Part shown: piece after piece, positions 27,204 through 34,885 of the stretch | How positions within the stretch are numbered: the stretch's first letter is position 1 | Layout of the letters: the number at the start of each line of letters is the position of its first letter | Source: a virus | Length of the DNA: 51,470 nucleotides | Virus record (IMG/VR): IMGVR_UViG_3300026522_000007 | Coordinates: 1 to 51,470 of that record | Strand: one strand, 5' to 3' | Position numbers and translations under genes: made by a program | The notes under the pieces: generated by a model | Told to the model about the DNA's origin: nothing | The model's input: the letters and a program-made list of their open reading frames with translations, nothing else | Databases searched by the model: none

Positions 27204-27863
27204 TTAAATGTCCCAGTCGTCATCTTCCTCAGATTCAGCTTCAGCAGCCTTAGCTTTTGCAGCATCGTCCTTAATAAGCAGGTCAGCGTAGAACTTAGCA
27301 GGCTTCTTAGGAGCTGCCTTAATCTTACGAGCTTTGCACTCCTTAAAAAGCTCCATAGCAGACTTACCATTATAAGGATTTGCTTCAGTCTCAGCTTCTT
27401 CGGTCTCGGCTTCATCATCCTCAGTAGCACTTGCACCGAAAGCCTGCTTGCAAGCCTCAATCAGGTCAGCTTTCTTTGTAGACTTAGCAAGCTTTCTCTT
27501 GCCAGCCTTACCAAGGATGTCCCAAAGCCGCTTAGCACTCATGGACTCATCCCACTGAACAGCCTCAGTTACATCCTCCTCACCTGCATCTTCGGTAGTA
27601 GCTTCAGCTTCAGTGTCCTCAGCATCCTCATTAGAACCAGATTCAGCGATACCAGCTTTGATAGCTGTATTCACTTTGTTTGCAGTGAGGTAATCAGGCA
27701 TGTAACCCATAAGGTCAACAAACTCCTCACCAGCCTTAGCAGTAACAACTGCAATCTTGTGTGCCAGAACCGGATAACGTCTACCGATGTCGGTAATTGC
27801 CTCCAGATCAGTTCCTTTTGCGATAATCTTAACCGCTTCATTGAAAGTGTAATTCTTTGCCAT
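27204..27863 (-). CDS. Acidic protein with two HeH/SAP-like modules
   Basis: 219 aa; AAAGGAG RBS; long D/E tracts; SAKRLWDILGKAGKRKL and SAMELFKECKARKIKAAPKKPAKFY; ends EEDDDWDI. Confidence 0.6.
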   Translation of the reverse strand: MAKNYTFNEAVKIIAKGTDLEAITDIGRRYPVLAHKIAVVTAKAGEEFVDLMGYMPDYLTANKVNTAIKAGIAESGSNEDAEDTEAEATTEDAGEEDVTEAVQWDESMSAKRLWDILGKAGKRKLAKSTKKADLIEACKQAFGASATEDDEAETEEAETEANPYNGKSAMELFKECKARKIKAAPKKPAKFYADLLIKDDAAKAKAAEAESEEDDDWDI

Positions 27864-27956
27864 TTTTAATCTCTCCTTTTCATGTTTTGATTTTTGATTG
27901 ATGTTTCTCCTGAACTCAGGACTTCTATCTCTAAATACCGAAGTATTTTTAGATTC

Positions 27957-28283
27957 TTATTTTGATGATCTTAATATCTTAACTGCAATCATCATCAGTG
28001 GATATTCTTCATCCTCTTCATACTCATTACTAGCCAATACTTCCAAATCACTATTGAGTAGCTGAACATGCTTTGTGTAACTTTTACCATTCCATTTCTG
28101 TGCTCTTGCAACATATAATGTACTACCGTTTTTCATATTCAGTGTAATATAAGCTGCACCTGGATCGCACTTTGTAGCAAGCTTTAATTCTTCTGCATAA
28201 AGTCTTTTTTCAATTTCATTTTCTACTGCAATGATTTTACTCATTGGAAGCTCCTGATAATAATATTCGTATGTGTTTTTCAT
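27957..28283 (-). CDS. Hypothetical protein
   Basis: 108 aa; AGGAGG RBS; first gene behind promoter P4. Confidence 0.55.
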   Translation of the reverse strand: MKNTYEYYYQELPMSKIIAVENEIEKRLYAEELKLATKCDPGAAYITLNMKNGSTLYVARAQKWNGKSYTKHVQLLNSDLEVLASNEYEEDEEYPLMMIAVKILRSSK

Positions 28284-28354
28284 TTTTTTGTCCTCCTAGA
28301 CCACTTTATTTTTAGGTTTCCTGTACCTTGTGATATTATTTATTTTATGATATT

Positions 28355-28383
28355 ATTATACCAGGTTACTTACCATTTGTACA
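28355..28383 (-). promoter_or_regulatory. Sigma-A-type promoter P4 (TGTACA-17-TGGTATAAT)
   Basis: Minus strand: TTCAAAAACTTTCAAAAAGCCTATGTACAAATGGTAAGTAACCTGGTATAAT. Confidence 0.8.
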
Positions 28384-28423
28384 TAGGCTTTTTGAAAGTT
28401 TTTGAAAATATTTTGAACTTTTT

Positions 28424-28693
28424 TTACTCGTCCCATGCATCTGAATCTTCGGAATTTTCTTCAGAAATTTTAATTGCAAGATTTACTGCATCTCTAAGGT
28501 TGTAAAGTCCATGAATATCTTCAACATGGAATGCACCTTTCATGAATACCGAAGTAGTCTTGTCATTTTCCTTGGCCTCAAGCTGCTGAGCAATTGTGAA
28601 GCCGCCTTTGGAACAATTAGAAATAACAATGTTCCTTGAATCGGTTACCTTAGCTCTGGAAAGCTCATGGTACTCAATCTTACTCTTCGCCAT
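28424..28693 (-). CDS. Hypothetical protein with an acidic-Trp tail
   Basis: 89 aa from ATG at 28693 (GGAGG 9 nt upstream); ends SEDSDAWDE. Confidence 0.5.
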   Translation of the reverse strand: MAKSKIEYHELSRAKVTDSRNIVISNCSKGGFTIAQQLEAKENDKTTSVFMKGAFHVEDIHGLYNLRDAVNLAIKISEENSEDSDAWDE

Positions 28694-29063
28694 CTTCAAT
28701 ATCCTCCATTTCGTCTGTTTCGATTTCAGCCTCCATAAGAACAACAAACTCTTTGTTTTCGTCAGAGTTCAAAGGAAGCAAATTCAGATTGTCCATTTCG
28801 ATGTAGTCATTAAGACCATTGAACTTGATTATGGATTCACCATCACCATCGATGACAATCTGCTTTACCCTGAAGAATCCAAGCTTCATAGGACTGCCAC
28901 CAGGGATTTTAGCTTTGATACTCACATCATTATTGAGCATCTGCATAAGCTGAATCGTATTGGAAAGCTCAGAATACTGAGCCTTAAGTGTGAAGTTAAC
29001 TGAACCATTAGCTGATAAGCTGTGGCCACCGTATTTCACTACCTCTTTGACCTTTACTTTCAT
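28680..29063 (-). CDS. Hypothetical protein with an acidic C-terminus
   Basis: 127 aa; beta-rich body; ends ETDEMEDIEDGEE. Confidence 0.5.
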   Translation of the reverse strand: MKVKVKEVVKYGGHSLSANGSVNFTLKAQYSELSNTIQLMQMLNNDVSIKAKIPGGSPMKLGFFRVKQIVIDGDGESIIKFNGLNDYIEMDNLNLLPLNSDENKEFVVLMEAEIETDEMEDIEDGEE

Positions 29064-29539
29064 GTTGCTGACCTCTTTTCTTTTTTGAATCGTTTCTCAT
29101 TTTCTTCGTTGAATTGCTTACGTGCTCTTGAGCTTGATTTGATAGTTTTACCACCAACAGTAGTCGTATCTTCATGCTCACTTAAATCGATACCAACAAA
29201 CTCATTTGCTGATTCGTATTCTCCTGTTTCTATGTACTTAGCTGCTTCACAAAGCATTTCTGGCTTAATTAGTAGATAAACCTCATTGGACTGCAGAAAC
29301 TGTATTGCAAACACAGGTAACTTATGAGCTACTGCAGCATTGTAGCTTAATACATCTAAGTCTTTTTTATTAACCCTAATACTATTTGCATCAGTTGATT
29401 TTAACTGACATATAACTTCTTCTGATTGACCGTCTTCCTTGACAATCCACCCTGAACCAGAATTCGGCGTAGGTTTCAAGCCAAGACTTTTCATAACTTC
29501 TGCTTCATTACGACGATAAAACTTCCCTGTCCTCTTCAT
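29060..29539 (-). CDS. Putative PD-(D/E)XK-type nuclease (Hjc/resolvase-like)
   Basis: 159 aa; NSGSGWIVKEDGQ...VICQLKST resembles the GSG...D...(E/Q)xK layout; weak call. Confidence 0.35.
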   Translation of the reverse strand: MKRTGKFYRRNEAEVMKSLGLKPTPNSGSGWIVKEDGQSEEVICQLKSTDANSIRVNKKDLDVLSYNAAVAHKLPVFAIQFLQSNEVYLLIKPEMLCEAAKYIETGEYESANEFVGIDLSEHEDTTTVGGKTIKSSSRARKQFNEENEKRFKKEKRSAT

Positions 29540-29541
29540 GC

Positions 29542-29880
29542 TTACATACCCTTTAACACATCGCCAAGCATAAAGTCATATTCAGACTTGGTTTGTATCT
29601 CTTCCTTAAGATATAGCTGAAAGTATTTGAGACCAGTTGCTGCAATCAGCTCAAGCGGCAGGTTTGACTTAGGCATGATATACCCGAATGTGTATACCTG
29701 ACTATCAGCATCTCGTGTTCTGTCTAACACAATACGCATTTGCCATTCATTTTCTTCCTGACCTCTTGTAAAGTTTGCCCTGAACTTTGGTTTCCTTTTA
29801 TCGTCTTTCAGAATGTAGCTAAACTCTGAGCAAATCTTACCACTGTAAACTCGATTATCTAAATCCTTTAGTGTTAGCAT
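29542..29880 (-). CDS. Hypothetical protein
   Basis: 112 aa; AGGAGGG 6 nt before ATG. Confidence 0.5.
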   Translation of the reverse strand: MLTLKDLDNRVYSGKICSEFSYILKDDKRKPKFRANFTRGQEENEWQMRIVLDRTRDADSQVYTFGYIMPKSNLPLELIAATGLKYFQLYLKEEIQTKSEYDFMLGDVLKGM

Positions 29881-30241
29881 TTAGTGCCCTCCTTCTTTGT
29901 TCCATTGTGGTCGAATCCTTCCATTGCTTGTACACATGAGATGCGATGTTTGTCAGATACTCACGATCGTATTTAGTTAGCTTTGACGGAATGTCAAAAC
30001 CTGTACTACCATCAAAATCATACATTGCATAGTAGTATGTTGAACGCCTGAACTCTGCAGGATCACATGCTCTTTGCAACTCAACCAATTGATGGGATAT
30101 GCTGTCGTAATATTGGTCAGACACACAGCTCTCATTTTGTTCGTAATACATAATGCTGTATACGATTATGCGCCTTTGCAAATAACTAATCTTAGTTACG
30201 TCGCTCCAATATAAACATGGCATCTTACTGAAGTCTATCAT
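29855..30241 (-). CDS. Hypothetical protein (faint resemblance to NAD-ligase Ia-type helix pair)
   Basis: 128 aa; GGAGG RBS; YSIMYYEQNESCVSDQYYDSISHQLVELQ recalls YY..P.ISD.EYD.L..L; not reliable. Confidence 0.3.
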   Translation of the reverse strand: MIDFSKMPCLYWSDVTKISYLQRRIIVYSIMYYEQNESCVSDQYYDSISHQLVELQRACDPAEFRRSTYYYAMYDFDGSTGFDIPSKLTKYDREYLTNIASHVYKQWKDSTTMEQRRRALNANTKGFR

Positions 30242-30501
30242 TTATATTTACCTCCAGAGCGGAGGCCGATTTTAGTTTTACGCTTACGAATGATTGCCAT
30301 GTCTCTTTGTGATTTTACTCTACCATTCTTCAAACATTCTGCACTTAAGCATTTATTAAACAGCTTTTCATTGCATGCATCACATATTGTAAAGATGTTA
30401 CCACCGATGCACAAGTCAAACATATTCAGAACTTCTTTTTGACTTTCACCACATTCACAGCAGATTGCATCGGGCTTGGTATTATTTCGCATCTTAATCA
30501 A
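30238..30501 (-). CDS. Zinc-ribbon protein
   Basis: TTG at 30501 lies 6-7 nt after AGGAGGGG (ATG at 30492 is the alternative); CCEC...CDAC...C..C. Confidence 0.5.
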   Translation of the reverse strand: MIKMRNNTKPDAICCECGESQKEVLNMFDLCIGGNIFTICDACNEKLFNKCLSAECLKNGRVKSQRDMAIIRKRKTKIGLRSGGKYK

Positions 30502-30749
30502 CGTTTTCCCCTCCTTCTTCCCCTTCTTCCACAACCGCAGCTATGAACAATACCGCTTGTAAGCTGTCCTCTCTGTACCAGCTTTTCTGTACCACAATCA
30601 CAGCGTACTCTGTAGTAGTGACGCATTTTATCACCACCAAGAGTTGCATCATAACGATGTCCTGCATAGCTTATGACTTCAAGCTTACCTGAGCGCTTGC
30701 CGATGATGTCGTTAACATTTATCAGCACTTTTCCTTTTTTATTTGGCAT
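30498..30749 (-). CDS. Small Cys-rich basic protein
   Basis: 83 aa from ATG at 30749 (AGGAGG upstream); CDCG...SCGCGRRGRRRGKR; first gene after element C. Confidence 0.5.
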   Translation of the reverse strand: MPNKKGKVLINVNDIIGKRSGKLEVISYAGHRYDATLGGDKMRHYYRVRCDCGTEKLVQRGQLTSGIVHSCGCGRRGRRRGKR

Positions 30750-30795
30750 ATTTATTCCTCCTTCTGCATTGATATTTATTGTCCTCTTCTGAGGT

Positions 30796-30890
30796 CTCCA
30801 GATCAATCAGGATTGATTTTACTTAATAAACCATATATTTATATAGACTATATATTAAATTCATTCTGGATCAATCTGGATCAATCTGAT
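30796..30890. promoter_or_regulatory. Iteron/AT-core composite element, copy C
   Basis: CCAGATCAATCAGGATTG on the left; AT core catatatttatatagactatatatt; CATTCTGGATCAATCTGGATCAATCTGA on the right (CTGG at 30866 and 30876, CTGA at 30886). Confidence 0.7.
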
Positions 30891-30893
30891 AAA

Positions 30894-30965
30894 CTGGGCT
30901 AGTTGGATTCGAACCAACGAATGCAGGAGTCAAAGTCCCGTGCCTTACCATTTGGCGATAGCCCA
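30894..30965 (-). tRNA. tRNA-Gln (anticodon UUG)
   Basis: Cloverleaf folded by hand: acceptor TGGGCTA/TAGCCCA, D arm GCC..GGC, anticodon stem CGGGA/TCCTG with loop CTTTGAC, T arm GTTGG-TTCGAAT-CCAAC; close to E. coli tRNA-Gln from memory; no encoded CCA. Confidence 0.85.
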
Positions 30966-30984
30966 ATAAATACCAGAGGCTGCA

Positions 30985-32088
30985 TTAAGCAGCCATCTGG
31001 ATTTTTTTGAGTGCATTGTGGTATTTGGTGCTTCCGCTTGGATTGAAAGTATTGATTGTGTCCTTGTCCAATCCCTTAACAATGCTAATCTTCATTGCCA
31101 TTTCTAAGTTCATGCCCTTAGCTTCAAGCTTGGTAATCATTGTCATACATCTGTAAGAGAATGTGGCTCTGATTCCTTTGCTCTCAGCTTCCTTACGCAT
31201 CTGATGGATGAACTCAACCAGCTCTGTATTGTTATGAGTGATTGCCATTTCAATTTTCAAACAGTAATCAAACTCAATGATTGCGAATCTATCAAGTGTT
31301 GCCTGGTCCAGAACCATACGGCCTGTGTACATGTCATCTGCACCGTTTCCTACGGTATTACCAGCAGCTACGAAGTGCACATGGTTAAAATCAACTCGAC
31401 CGTTAGGGAACTCAAAGTAACCATTAGCAATTGCTGCATTAAGAAGAACCAGAACCTCAGGGATTGAAGCATCCATTTCATCCAGGAAGAAGATGCATTC
31501 ATTTTCATCTGTGCAAGCCTTGTAGAACTCTGTTTCGTGGAACTTTCCACCTGCATCAATGAATCCTGTGAGTTTGTATTCCTGCTGAACTGAATTACTG
31601 AAGTAGAAGTTCCAACCAAGTTCCTTTGCAATCTGCTCAACTGTGTGATTCTTACCAGAACCAGCAGGACCAGCAAGGTAAACCGGAATGTTGCATTCCA
31701 AACAGCACTTGATTTCATCGTATCTGTCATGATGAACTTCACCTTTGACCTCAGGAATCTGAGCTTTGACCTCAGGAATCTGAGCTTTAGGAATCTCAAT
31801 GCCTTTGTTCTCGATTTCGTTCTTAATTTTGGTTGATGTGGTACCTACCTGCTTGACAGTGGACAGTTTCTTAATGCCTTTGGTTTCGTATTCACGCTCA
31901 ACCTTTTCTACCTGATAGTTTGCATTGAAGTAAATTCTGCAACCATCAATTACTGTCGTGTTTTTGTATGCTTTACGCACATAAGTGTACTCTTTGCTTG
32001 AACCTTCAAACTTAAGTGTAACAACTACACAACCATGCTTCATTGCCTTTTCAATCTTGATAACTTCGAAATTTACTTTTGTCATCAT
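30985..32088 (-). CDS. AAA+ ATPase (AAA_5 / MoxR-CobS-like)
   Basis: 367 aa; Walker A LAGPAGSGKNHT; Walker B FFLDEMDA; AAGNTVGNGADDMYTGR...LDRF. Confidence 0.75.
   Translation of the reverse strand: MMTKVNFEVIKIEKAMKHGCVVVTLKFEGSSKEYTYVRKAYKNTTVIDGCRIYFNANYQVEKVEREYETKGIKKLSTVKQVGTTSTKIKNEIENKGIEIPKAQIPEVKAQIPEVKGEVHHDRYDEIKCCLECNIPVYLAGPAGSGKNHTVEQIAKELGWNFYFSNSVQQEYKLTGFIDAGGKFHETEFYKACTDENECIFFLDEMDASIPEVLVLLNAAIANGYFEFPNGRVDFNHVHFVAAGNTVGNGADDMYTGRMVLDQATLDRFAIIEFDYCLKIEMAITHNNTELVEFIHQMRKEAESKGIRATFSYRCMTMITKLEAKGMNLEMAMKISIVKGLDKDTINTFNPSGSTKYHNALKKIQMAA
31743..31797 (-). repeat. 21-bp tandem repeat (about 2.6 copies) inside the AAA+ gene
   Basis: ctttgacctcaggaatctgag occurs twice plus a partial copy; encodes IPKAQIPEVKAQIPEVKGE. 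Confidence 0.9.
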
Positions 32089-32156
32089 AATGTTTTTCTC
32101 CTTTTCAACTGAAAACTTTGTGATTTGTTCGTAGGCTTTATGTACCTTATGATATT

Positions 32157-32185
32157 ATAATACCACATAAATAGGAGTTTGTACA
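32157..32185 (-). promoter_or_regulatory. Sigma-A-type promoter P5 (TGTACA-17-TGGTATTAT)
   Basis: Minus strand: GAAAAACTTTTGCAAAAAGTGTGTACAAACTCCTATTTATGTGGTATTATAAT. Confidence 0.75.
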
Positions 32186-32269
32186 CACTTTTTGCAAAAG
32201 TTTTTCAAAAATTGTATAAAAACACTTCGTATTCAGTGCCGTTTGAAAATGGCTTGCTTTCATAGTATT

Positions 32270-32461
32270 TCATGTTTTCTTCCTCCTGATCTCTTCCTGC
32301 ATATCCTGTATCCTGAGGCATCCATGGCAAAGGCCATAAAAACAGCATCTGTAGCAGGCGTGCTTCATTCTTTCACAATAATCCACCAGCGTATCTACCG
32401 CATCATTGACGCGATTTATCATTTCTTCGCTCGGATAATACATACTCTTAATTTCGATCAT
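32270..32461 (-). CDS. Small Cys-rich protein
   Basis: 63 aa; ATGA overlap with the upstream gene; CYRCCFYGLCHGC. Confidence 0.45.
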   Translation of the reverse strand: MIEIKSMYYPSEEMINRVNDAVDTLVDYCERMKHACYRCCFYGLCHGCLRIQDMQEEIRRKKT

Positions 32462-32685
32462 ATTCTGTTATTCCTCTGGCACATCGGCGGGATCTTAACC
32501 CCTGCCTGTTTTTCTTCTGCTGACTTCTGATCGGACAGATCCATGATCTTCTCAATCAGCCTCAGCTTCTCACCGTCTCCAATTCCCTTCTCGTCCATGA
32601 TGATCTTTACAACGTCTAACAGCATCTTTTTTTCCTCCTCCTCGTCTCCAGCGATAATGTTTCCACTCTCATTTGAAACACTCAT
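32458..32685 (-). CDS. Small acidic protein
   Basis: 75 aa from ATG at 32685, overlapping the HTH gene stop. Confidence 0.45.
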   Translation of the reverse strand: MSVSNESGNIIAGDEEEEKKMLLDVVKIIMDEKGIGDGEKLRLIEKIMDLSDQKSAEEKQAGVKIPPMCQRNNRI

Positions 32686-32863
32686 CAAAATAGTCCTCTT
32701 CGAGATCAAGCATCTTGCAGATCTCACTGAGCACTCTCGGTTTCTGGTTCTGCCTCAGCCAATTTAATACTGTCTTGCGGTTGTAACCGGTTTCCTCAAC
32801 AAACTCGTCAAGAGTAATTCCGGTCAGTTCCAGAGTCTCCATGAGCTTTTCTTTAAATGTCAT
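32669..32863 (-). CDS. Small HTH (XRE-like) DNA-binding protein
   Basis: 64 aa; ITLDEFVEETGYNRKTVLNWLRQNQKP fits a helix-turn-helix. Confidence 0.55.
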   Translation of the reverse strand: MTFKEKLMETLELTGITLDEFVEETGYNRKTVLNWLRQNQKPRVLSEICKMLDLEEDYFDECFK

Positions 32864-32950
32864 ATGTGGTTTTCCTTTTCTCCCCGTCTTGCCGATAGGT
32901 CAGCCAATTGTGTTATGATTCTAGTTCTGCGATGTGCCCTCCCAATCAGT

Positions 32951-33763
32951 TTAGATATTCTCAAGGTCGTCGATTGTTTTGATTGTGTTTACGTCCTTCT
33001 TAATGAAGTTAGGCAGCAGATACTCACCTTTGAAAATGTTACGCATCTCACTTGATGTAGCAGGAGTTCCATAACCACGCACAAAACTCTTCGTTACATG
33101 TGGATAAACCTCAATGAATCTGAAGAACAAACGACGAAGCATTGACGGATGAACCAATGGGAATGCCAGTTTTGAAACATTCAGCTTTTCGTTTGCCGAT
33201 TTGATTCTCACTTTCACAACGAACTGTTTTGAAGGATGACCAGCAGTTGTACCAAGCACGATGTTCAGATTGCATCTGTAACCTTGAGCCTCAAGCTTCT
33301 TGACAATCTGCATTGCCTTAATGCTCTCTTCGATTATCTGGTCTGCACTTACACCACCATTGTAGTCGATTGATTTATTCAGGGTAATGACTTTCTGCTT
33401 TACAGGTATCATTTTCTTTGTGACCATGTTATTTGGTACACCTTGCAGATACAAGGGAACGATTGCTTGATAACCTGCAACACCAAGAACGTTTTTAGGC
33501 TTCATCATCGGCTCTGTTTTGCTCTCAATTACCTTGAGCTTCTGAACTAACTTGGTTGCCATATCTGACCAGCCATTCTTAAACAACTCAACTGCTTCAC
33601 TAAAATCTCTCGTTTTTGTGAAGTAGTAGTTACCATCAACACTAGAATGCTTAGCCCAACAGAATGCATCGTTAAATGGTGTGTGAATCAGATACTCGTA
33701 AAATTCATGTAAGCTATCATACTCAACAACTTCAGTTTTGTCTGTGATTTGATTTGCTCTCAT
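32951..33763 (-). CDS. Hypothetical protein (possible partner of the AAA_5 ATPase)
   Basis: 270 aa; GAGGAGG RBS; first gene behind P6; no motif recognised. Confidence 0.5.
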   Translation of the reverse strand: MRANQITDKTEVVEYDSLHEFYEYLIHTPFNDAFCWAKHSSVDGNYYFTKTRDFSEAVELFKNGWSDMATKLVQKLKVIESKTEPMMKPKNVLGVAGYQAIVPLYLQGVPNNMVTKKMIPVKQKVITLNKSIDYNGGVSADQIIEESIKAMQIVKKLEAQGYRCNLNIVLGTTAGHPSKQFVVKVRIKSANEKLNVSKLAFPLVHPSMLRRLFFRFIEVYPHVTKSFVRGYGTPATSSEMRNIFKGEYLLPNFIKKDVNTIKTIDDLENI

Positions 33764-33814
33764 CTTTGTTTCCTCCTCTAAGGATTTGTGTGTTATACCT
33801 TAACCACTATAATT

Positions 33815-33843
33815 ATTATACCACAAGGATTTTGATTTGTACA
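33815..33843 (-). promoter_or_regulatory. Sigma-A-type promoter P6 (TGTACA-17-TGGTATAAT)
   Basis: Minus strand: GGATATGTACAAATCAAAATCCTTGTGGTATAAT. Confidence 0.75.
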
Positions 33844-33921
33844 TATCCTGTGTAAAAATATTTTAGTTAGTTTATTTTAAAAGAAAGAAATATATAAAGA
33901 AATATATAAAGAAAGAAATAG

Positions 33922-34128
33922 CTACCTACGACGTTTGTCTTTACGAGATCTGTGCATACATGCTAGCATCTCAAAGTCACTTGGATATAATATGCTATTG
34001 TAAGTACATCTAGCTTTAGCCTTTTCCTCTTCCCATTTAGCTTTCTCTGCTTTGTACTGCTCACACTTAGCATGACATCCTGGGTACCTTGTTGGAGGCA
34101 CACAATCTTTACAGCACTTAATTGACAT
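33922..34128 (-). CDS. Small Cys-rich protein
   Basis: 68 aa; AAGGAGG RBS; CCKDC...C.AKC...C...C. Confidence 0.5.
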   Translation of the reverse strand: MSIKCCKDCVPPTRYPGCHAKCEQYKAEKAKWEEEKAKARCTYNSILYPSDFEMLACMHRSRKDKRRR

Positions 34129-34129
34129 G

Positions 34130-34744
34130 CTACTTTTCCTCCTTAAGTTTGTCTTGGTCTCCTACAAAACCAAACATAGCTATTCCTGCACTATCTGCAG
34201 CATCGTTGTTGTACATATATTTCTTTCCCTGGCGTATGAATGTGCCTTTGGTCTTTCTGCCCTCTATTGGGATTAAGATGCTATCCTCCCATCCCTGCTT
34301 TAGTAGCCATTTAACTGTAGGCCACTTCTCTTCTGGAACTCCAAACTTATTTGGCATTGGTTTACTGGTCCCTATTACTTGAGCTTTCCAGCACCTTGTA
34401 TCTACACTATAGACTGGGACACAATACTCATGACATTTGTCTACTATGACACTGTTTAGGGCACCAATAGACTTTATGTAATCGATATTGAGAAAGCCTT
34501 GAGAACGAAGTCTGATACGCTCAATGATACAAACAACTTCTCTGGCTTTTGGACAAACTGCCTTAAGGAGACCATCAAGCGTATTACTCAATGCCCTCCT
34601 CTTATCACTATTCGTTTTGTAGCTATCTAGCTGAAGACTTCGTACTTTTACAAGCTTCCTATCTGCTGCAATACTAATACCAGCGTTCTTATATGATTGG
34701 TCTATGCCTATGATGACCTTCTGATATTTATAAGGTCTACCCAC
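34130..34744 (-). CDS. RuvC-like Holliday junction resolvase
   Basis: 204 aa; GTG start 6 nt after AAGGAGGG; IIGIDQS, CIIERI and NNDAADSAGIA fit the D-E-D-D RuvC-fold layout. Confidence 0.65.
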   Translation of the reverse strand: MGRPYKYQKVIIGIDQSYKNAGISIAADRKLVKVRSLQLDSYKTNSDKRRALSNTLDGLLKAVCPKAREVVCIIERIRLRSQGFLNIDYIKSIGALNSVIVDKCHEYCVPVYSVDTRCWKAQVIGTSKPMPNKFGVPEEKWPTVKWLLKQGWEDSILIPIEGRKTKGTFIRQGKKYMYNNDAADSAGIAMFGFVGDQDKLKEEK

Positions 34745-34773
34745 GCCAATCCCTCCTTGATTTTAATGATATA

Positions 34774-34880
34774 CTCCAGGGATTCCAGAATGGTCCAGAA
34801 TGAATTTTAATTATAAAGATATATATTTATATACCTTTTATATTTGAATCAATCTGGTGACATTCTGGGACCTTCTGGTG
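34774..34880. promoter_or_regulatory. Iteron/AT-core composite element, copy D (clearest copy)
   Basis: tCCAGGG, tCCAGAATg and tCCAGAATg at 34776/34785/34795; AT core gatatatatttatatacc; aATCTGG, cATTCTGG and cTTCTGG with CTGG at 34854/34865/34875. Confidence 0.75.
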
Positions 34881-34885
34881 ACCTC

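Noticed and set aside
27116-27460. 114-aa minus-strand ORF in the track
   Set aside because: It is an alternative frame of the acidic protein gene 27204..27863. It runs through the terminator hairpin at 27129..27163, is Leu/Arg-rich and has no RBS.
30860-30893. Short direct repeats TCTGGATCAATCTGGATCAATCTGA, considered as a possible CRISPR or satellite array
   Set aside because: There are only 2-3 units of 10 bp and no spacers. They are the right-arm iterons of composite element C. No CRISPR-like array exists anywhere in the window.
30894-30965. Possibility that the phage tRNA is a stop-codon suppressor indicating genetic-code recoding
   Set aside because: The anticodon loop reads CTTTGAC, giving anticodon UUG (a normal Gln codon reader). 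All long genes are open in the standard code, with no in-frame TAG or TGA.
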